Shown here: positions 56,701 through 64,000 of the stretch, one piece after another
Position numbering within the stretch: position 1 is the first letter of the stretch
How the letters are laid out: the number at the start of each line of letters is the position of its first letter
From: Guillardia theta CCMP2712
Taxonomy: Eukaryota > Protista > Cryptophyta
DNA: 64,000 nt
Direction of reading: 5' to 3'
Assembly (NCBI RefSeq): GCF_000315625.1
Contig: NW_005434666.1
Coordinates: 419,877-483,876 of the forward strand
Notes under the pieces: generated by a model
What the model was told of the DNA's origin: nothing
The model's database searches: none
The model's input: only the letters and a program-made list of their open reading frames with translations
Translations under genes and position numbers: made by a program

Positions 56701-59700
56701 AGCAACGGAGACTGAGTACCCTGTCAACGTCATCAGAATTAAAACCAAACATCCAATACTTTACCAAAGTGATCTTCAGCTTTAGGAATATTCGAGGTCA
56801 AAGTAGTCCGATAACCCCAATTATTTTGCAAAGTCTTCTCGCAGAAGCTATTGTGGATGAAATACTGGAGACCAGAGATCAAGGTGAATGTGAAAGAACT
56901 TGAAATAGTTACTATTGCGGTGCCACCATCTCCCCATCCTATACCACTTCCACCAGTGATGTGATAGTCTACGATTTGCCTCGATTCTCCATTGATTGTG
57001 ATGATGTAACCGACATAAGAGGATTGATATATCCTTGGTTTGTTCAAGGGATCGCTTGCGCTGATTGTGCCTATGGTAACGCTTGTTCCTGCACACAGTC
57101 CGCAAGAGATGCTGCCTATTTCAATTACCGCGTAATCCTTCATGAAGACATGCACACATCCTATATTGCTCGACCCTGCCCATGGAACTCCAACGTACAA
57201 AACATCATCTTTGAGCGCTACGCTATACCCGAAATGATCGTAATTTGAAGCTGTGAGCTCTGAAGAAGTCAATATGTTGTTTATACTCATAGCGCTAGAA
57301 GCCCCAACTGTGTTCAAGGCAGATGAAGTAGAAGGAGCTTCCAAGATCTTGATTAAGATCCAACGATTTCTGGTAGCGTTTGTTGTCCTTTGAAACAGAT
57401 ATACTCTTCCAGATTGAACTAAGGGAGAATACCAGTTTGCACAACGCCCTTGACCATCAAAGGATGTGCAGTATGTATGCGATCCAGCCCAGGGAGCACC
57501 AACAGCCATCACATGAGTTGAATCCGACATTCTGGAGGTGGACAGGGAATACCCAAAGCCGTCGTTGCCACAATTATTCACACACAAAGGCTTCCCTAAG
57601 ATCACGTATTGGCTCGTGGAGTCCGGCAAAATTGTCCATGATGAGGAAACGGTCGCAATCCGATATCGGCCATCATATGCTGTGATATATCTTGCTTGTC
57701 CGGTTCCCTTCCCTTGGATGATTCTGATCACACACTTTAAGAATATGTTATCAACAGTAGGCGAATCCTTGGAAAGGTCGATCGATTGGTAGTCTTTGAC
57801 TGCCTGTCGAATTTCAGCTCCAACGTATTCTGCAGCTTTGACATTTGAAACTTGAAGGACATTAGTGAAAAAGTTGACGTCATTAACGTAGATTCCGGTA
57901 TTGGAATCGGTGGCCAAGTACCGTTTCCTTTGCCATACGGAGAGAACAAACAATGAATTTGTAGTTGGCAATGAGCTGAAAGTAGATGAAGTAGTCATTG
58001 CTCTTGAGCTTGAATAAGAATCAACCAGCAAAGATTGCACGTCCGATGTCGTACCTATGTTTCCATCAAGGTCTACAGTCAGGCTCCAGCCAACGTAATA
58101 TCCGGAAATATCTGATGCACTGTCAGGTAAAACGAAGCTACTCTGACTATTTACTTGTACAAACGATCCCCAAAGCTCTGCTTGAAAGAGTGAAATAGCA
58201 CTTTTAACGGTCAATGACGAAGATCCAGAGTCTGCAGCATATCCCAGCGCAGCTTGAGTGGTAGATTGTCCAGATATGCTGGCAAGAATTCGAGTTTTTC
58301 CTCCTGGAACTCGAGATGAAGTGACGTACTCGTATTCGAAGCAAGATGTCATTGGAGGATTCACTGAGAACAATGGAGCTTTGTACAAAACTGTCCCTAA
58401 ACCGCAATTTGACGTCACAGTAGATGACACTATGTAGACTGTGTCGCCAGTGCTTGAATATTGATAGCTATTGCCCGCATTTGGGTAGCAAGAACCAATC
58501 GTGTATGAATTCAACACGGCGATCGCAGCGTTAGAGGAGCAAATGATATAAAATCGAACATCTGTTGAATCTCCTTGACTATATGGTTGCGATCCACCGG
58601 CATATTGAGCCCCAAAAAGTGCAGCAGCAGAAGATACACAAATTTGATTGTTTCCAGGGTAAAGTCTGAGCTTCAAGTATGCTCCCGTAGAATAATCAGC
58701 TACATGACTGCTGCCCGAATTCACGAAATCATAATGAACCCCACCTTGACCACAAGACGTGCTTTGTGCAGTCAGCTTTTCAACTTGAGGAACTTCGTAA
58801 GATGTGTCGTTGTTAGATAGTTGAGATATGACTGTTTCGCCGACACCTGCAAAGAAACGTATGCTGGAATTCGCATACAGAGCACCCAAACTAGAATCAA
58901 CATTCACTATTACAATATTTTGGTTTTGACCAACAGATATGATTCCTGATGTTCCAGACCCCAACAAGTTCGTTACAGACTCGACGTAGATTGTAGTGTC
59001 CCCGACGTTTAGGTTGGAAGTCAAATATGTCATCAAATACCCTTTCGGTCGTGCAAAGACATAGACTGCTCCAGCATTGTAATTAGTTTGACCTGAAAAG
59101 GTCTGTCGAGGATACGGGGGATAATTTACGTTGGTTTTGCCAGGAGCTCCGACAACAATTTCCATGGAGGCATACTCTGTTGGATCGTCGGTGCTCAGAT
59201 TTAATGACGATATTGAAGTACCTGTAATAATTTCTCAGCAGCTTCATGTGTAAACCATTCATTCGCATACCAAAAAAATCATTTTCAGAGGGATCATTTG
59301 CCACCAACTTCGTCAATTGTCGGTAGGACAGGTTACGTTGATTCTCAAGTAAGTATGCCGCTCCTGCGTTGGAAGCAGTTGAAACAAGACTGTTTGGTGC
59401 TCCTACTATGCAGAATCCTGAGTCAGAGGTCACATGGACAGAGGTACCTGTTGAATCATCAAATCGTGGCAATGCAAGTTATAGATCACCATATTTATAA
59501 CCAGACTTGACATCAGAAGCAGTGAACGAGGTCTCCAAAGGTTTTGGTGCTGATTGCCTACTAGTTGGATGCACAACAACCAGACTGACTGATCCAATAT
59601 CCGATTGGTCAGAATCTGCAAAAGGAGCTCCTATCAAAACAGTATTTCCATGAATCTTTGCTGAAGCTCCAAAATTTGGAGATGGAGAATTGCTCACGAT

Positions 59701-62700
59701 GGTATTCGCCGTGTAATAAGGAACTTCATGTTGTACCTGAGCACCGTTCTGATGTGAACCATATCCGTCTGACCAATAATTCAGTACATTGAATTGTCCA
59801 ATATTTGTAGGATATTGATAAGGTCCATTGCCAATGGAAGGCTGTTGAAGCTTTTTCAACAGTCCCCAATTGTTCAGTCCACCATAATTTCTCGAAAACA
59901 AAAATCCAGCCCCATCATTTGTTTTCAAATCTGTCACCAAGAGATAAGATTTATCAAGTGCAACTTGGAATCCAAAATAAGTTGCAGGGCTGGCCACTGG
60001 AGGGTCAATCACTTTGGAAACCTGCCAGAGACTTGAAATTGTCCCGTTGAATACATCGTCGAGATATTTCTCGAATATGTAAACCCGTCCAGTTCCTGAA
60101 TTGAACCCAAAAGATCCGACTGCAGCAACATTATTGGAAATATCTACTGAATATCCAAAGTAATCTCCAGCAGTGCTGCTGTATTGATGCTCTGTACATG
60201 AAGGTGGGTTAGAACAGAGTGTAGCTTCTCTGTTGCAAACCCATTGCCACTCTGTGGTATCATGATTTCCATTTGCTTCAGTGCAAGTACCTGCTGAGCA
60301 GTCTATTGGATACCTGTTGAAGAATGATACCACACCATTTGTGGATGGGCTCCCATAACACCCAATTATGATGTCATCTTCAGATATTGCAACACTCCAA
60401 CCTTGAAAAGGAATGCAAGTAAGAAACGAATCACATTTTGAGTTCTATTTTACCACAGTGTTGATATGCAGTATCGACAGGAATCCAGGTTTTGAATAAT
60501 TGATAATTTTCAGATGTATCTTTGTCATACAAAAAAGCTGCTCCACTCTCAATTGAATTAACAGTTCTGCTTTTGTATGCTCCTATGATCAAATAGTCAG
60601 CACTCAATGCAACCGAACAGCCCCACTCATATATCCTCAGTGATGGGACAGCGACTGAAGTACAAGTAGTTAATGGAGAACAGAGATTTTCCCTCCAAAG
60701 ATTCGTGCTGTATTGCCCTGGCCATTCCACAACTTGAAAAAGTCCCCATGCATCTTGTGAAAACGAACCCTGGGAAGTGCAATACTTTCCATTTGAACTT
60801 GAACAGTCGGCGATGTTCTGTCGATGAACATACACATCCCGATTGCCTCGTCTACCCACGACTAGCGTGTCAGCAAGCATCGCTACACTAAATCCATAGA
60901 AGAAATCTTCAGCCCATGATGGTAACACGACAGTGGTTGACAAATTCCATATATCTGTATAATATTTTCCCCCTGACAAGATATTTCTTTCATAGATGTA
61001 GACGTTGTTACTTCGCTGGGAGACATATTGAGGGGAATACTGCATTTTTACAATTCAGACAATGCAAACTTTTCAAACGCTTCAATACCTGAAATAATCC
61101 TTTTTCTGGTTGCCAAGACGAAATACCATACACCTCTGGATATCGAAAGGAATCAGCTCTGTATTCGTGAAGCTTTTCAAAATTACCAATCTCGTCCAGG
61201 TACCAATCAGTAGCGATTCCTGTTGCCCATGATGCATCTCCAAGGCCTGTATAACCATATGTACCAACTAATCCTGATCGATTCGATATATCGATATTCA
61301 AGGCAAAATCTGTATACGGTGGAAACCCCCCTTGACCTAGGGCACCAAAGGCTGGCCCACTCGAACTGAGTTCAATGTAATTAGTCCCAAATCAAATCAT
61401 CAAGATCATTCCAGACCTGCACACATATATTTCTTGGCCTTCACCTGAGTTTGAATATTGATCTGCAACATTTGTTCCATCATACATGAGCCGAAATAAG
61501 CTTGCAAAACTATCTGAAACATGAGCGCATACACTTCTGCAAGTGTTGCTAGCACAACACAAGCAATTACCTGTCAAATCAAAAGTTATCTCCAAAGCTT
61601 CAAAAATCAGACTTTACTTTGAGAGCAATTGCAGGTCTGAGAACAGGATCCAAAACAGTTGGTGCCTCCACAACTTGCGCAACATCCACATTGACTGTAA
61701 CTTGCACAAGAAGCATCTGTAGGAAATGTTCATGGAAAATCGATGCATATCAGCGACAAGAACCTGATGTGCAGGTAGACCACCAGTTACAAGCATACGT
61801 CCCTCCAGACCCACCATTTGAAGAATCAGCACATCGCAAATGGGCAGACTGCAACCAGGATTGGGACGTGTAACCCCCGAAGACATATGTTCCTCTCGGA
61901 GCTCCATTCCAATAATGCCATGAGTACGCCACGACAATCGTAACAGTTGCTGACATCCTGCTCTGGAAAGCTGAATTGCTAAATCCATCCCTTGTTCCCG
62001 AATACAGCAAATTCCATTTGTAATTGCCTGACAAGTCCCTTAACTCTGGAAAAAGGATGCATGCATTACCTACCATACCACTCCACGAGCTGTCCAGCCA
62101 TTCTTGCGTCGAGAATACATCCACCGTTGCATGTTGCTTTGGATCCAAAAGAGCCAACAGCAATTCTGTCCGGGCCAATCGCTAAAGAATGTTGGGATCC
62201 TGAACGAATTAAATCAACTTTCGGACAGACTTAAAATTATGCATACCAAAGTAAGTACTTTCATTTACAGTTGATTGGGACGGAAAGATTATTTTTTCGA
62301 AATCTGAGGTGTCTTCGATTATCTGTCCATCAGAACATTTTAAGCTGATTATGAAGCAAAATACTCTGACTTCAAAGATGAACTTGAGCAAGCTCAGGTT
62401 GCACCTCATTTTAGCTAGACTCAGAGGTGGAAATCATATAACTCGTAGTTCATATCAAAGCAGTGAATCGATCTCAGGCGATTTTTGTATGTTGAGAATC
62501 TTACAGTGATGCTTTCATGAATAATGCAAAACTTTGGTATCGATCCCAAATCTTTTCAATGCTTCTCCCACACCGGATTCTGGCGTCAATAATTCACCTT
62601 ATCAGGGAAGTAGCATTTCCAAGTTGGTGGCTCGGATCAACTGATCGCTTTCTGGATGCCTGACAGTGCTCGTGCGCAAGAAGGGCACCATGCATTGCCT

Positions 62701-62720
62701 CGACATTTTGGAGAGAATGC
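53554..62720 (-). CDS. Giant multidomain protein: TLDc, FG-GAP beta-propeller repeats, phage-structural-like repeats, fibrinogen/NEC-like domain, LamG
   Basis: TLDc WNLLYSGTRDGFSNSAFQSR...YVFGGYTSQSW; FG-GAP YFGYSVDISNNVAAVGS, HFGYSVALKDDVLYVGVP; fibrinogen-like PASSCLTLLESGYSQSGYYWI...YCDQVTEGGGW; LamG FWRFEDG...FTWEVSV...WHHLAVSYDG. ORF breaks correspond to 40-60 bp introns. Both ends uncertain. Confidence 0.88.
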
Positions 62721-62926
62721 CATGACCCGGCCGGTTTTATCGGATCATTGGATAGGGCCGGGAGAAGCCCGCCTCATCAAGCTCTCAGTACCGGGACTCG
62801 GATTCGGAAGCGGGATGTCCGGGCCCGGGCAACAGCAAAGATGAGGGGAGGTTCCTCTTCTTCACCTGCGACCAGTCATGCCAGGTCTGATGGACCATCG
62901 ATAGCAGAGGCGAGTTTCGTGATGGA

Positions 62927-64000
62927 ATGTGGCTGCCTTGTATTCGGAGTTTCATACGGTTTGCCGTGCTCCTTTCAATCCTGGAGGGAATAGCTTGCGT
63001 TTGTTTTGTTAGTCACGACGTAGAAGAATTCAAGATAATTCTCAGCCAACATCCAACGTCTCCAAGAGCGTGGGAGTTTTTGGGTGATGCCTTGATAAGC
63101 CATGAATGCATGACAGAAGCGCTACTAGCATTCGAGATATCAAATCGAATATACAGATCTTGCATGTGCTCCAGATCTGAGATAGCTGACGAGGCAACTG
63201 CAAGGACGGGAAGCAAGTATCTATCATTGTTGCGGGAGTTCCAAAGGACCGCGAACAACTCGTGCTGCAATGCATCAGTCATTATTGAACAGGGAGGTAA
63301 TGATCCCGTTTTGATAGACGGTCACTTCAATGATGGTGGACTAGAACTTGCTAGAATCGAGGCTTCAGATGCATGTCCATTGTATTTCGGCCAGTGCCAA
63401 CAAAAAAATCCGTTTCTGATTGAACAGCAAGACTTTTTTCTCCATCAGATATTTGGGAACAGAAGGAATGGAATTTTTGTTGACGTAGGATCCACAGATG
63501 GGTTTTCTTTCAGCAATACATTTTTCTTCGAGCAACAACTCAACTGGACGGGGTTGTGTTTTGAACCAAACAAGAACACGTATGATACACTAAAAAGAGT
63601 GCGTAGCCGTTCGAAATGCTACAATGCCTGTGTTGGAAACGCAACAGGAGTTAAAAAATTCCTGCAATGCACTGGGTACACGAGGATGCTTTCTGGGTTG
63701 CTTGAATGTATGTCGGATGATCACATTAGAAGGATAAATCGCGAGATCAATACTTTCGGTGGATCGAAAAGCATAGTAGATGTGAATGTAGTGACTCTTG
63801 CAGACATTTTTCGACAGCAAAGTTTGGAGAAAGTTGACCTGTTGAGCATTGATACTGAGGGAGCTGAAATACATGTTTTGCGTGGAATCGACTGGAGTCT
63901 GATAACCATTTCCATAATTATACTGGAAATGCTAGACAGAAATAGCCAAGAATCACAAGAAATTATCGATTTTCTCCTTGAACGCGGATATACACAGGTT
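62927..64000 (+). CDS. FkbM-family (Methyltransf_21) SAM methyltransferase with N-terminal signal/TM and one TPR-like motif; runs off the window
   Basis: Open frame from ATG 62927: FAVLLSILEGIACVCF; PRAWEFLGDAL; GIFVDVGSTDGFSFSNTFFFEQQLNWTGLCFEPN; VDLLSIDTEGAEIHVLRGIDW. Absent from the ORF track because it has no stop in the window. Confidence 0.9.
   Translation, partial: MWLPCIRSFIRFAVLLSILEGIACVCFVSHDVEEFKIILSQHPTSPRAWEFLGDALISHECMTEALLAFEISNRIYRSCMCSRSEIADEATARTGSKYLSLLREFQRTANNSCCNASVIIEQGGNDPVLIDGHFNDGGLELARIEASDACPLYFGQCQQKNPFLIEQQDFFLHQIFGNRRNGIFVDVGSTDGFSFSNTFFFEQQLNWTGLCFEPNKNTYDTLKRVRSRSKCYNACVGNATGVKKFLQCTGYTRMLSGLLECMSDDHIRRINREINTFGGSKSIVDVNVVTLADIFRQQSLEKVDLLSIDTEGAEIHVLRGIDWSLITISIIILEMLDRNSQESQEIIDFLLERGYTQV

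Noticed and set aside
56739-60431. Frame changes between long minus-strand ORFs as frameshifts or a pseudogene
   Set aside because: Each break contains a 40-60 bp GT-AG intron that restores the FG-GAP motif.
53554-62720. Endogenous virus or prophage
   Set aside because: No capsid, polymerase, packaging ATPase or integrase; the gene has spliceosomal introns and ordinary host neighbours.

Overview
Eukaryotic nuclear DNA with short spliceosomal introns (GT-AG plus several GC-AG). Intron size, gene style and protein families suggest a cryptophyte alga such as Guillardia; this is inference, not a database match. I found about 19 protein-coding genes. Recognisable ones are a lipoate-protein ligase 3' end, CAAX protease STE24, a TMX3-like PDI, PC4/Sub1, a tubulin-tyrosine-ligase-like gene, TPR, RCC1, beta-helix and FkbM genes. 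Five observations stand out. (1) Four type-I membrane proteins share one C-terminal cassette: a SEA-like domain with an RRxL-type site, a TM helix and a cytosolic P(S/T)AP ESCRT-type motif, with shared intron positions. Three are clustered mucin-like paralogs and the fourth is a catalytically dead subtilase. (2) A PH + single-repeat voltage-gated channel + EF-hand-like protein with a TGDSW filter. (3) A PC4 coactivator with a signal peptide, LRLRGG and an NLS, a candidate nucleomorph-targeted factor. (4) A giant TLDc/FG-GAP/fibrinogen/LamG protein with phage-structural-like repeats and five introns in the same FG-GAP codon. (5) A convergent pair of small paralogous orphan genes. No rRNA, tRNA, CRISPR array or transposase was recognised. 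Exon boundaries were read by eye and multi-exon gene ends are approximate.
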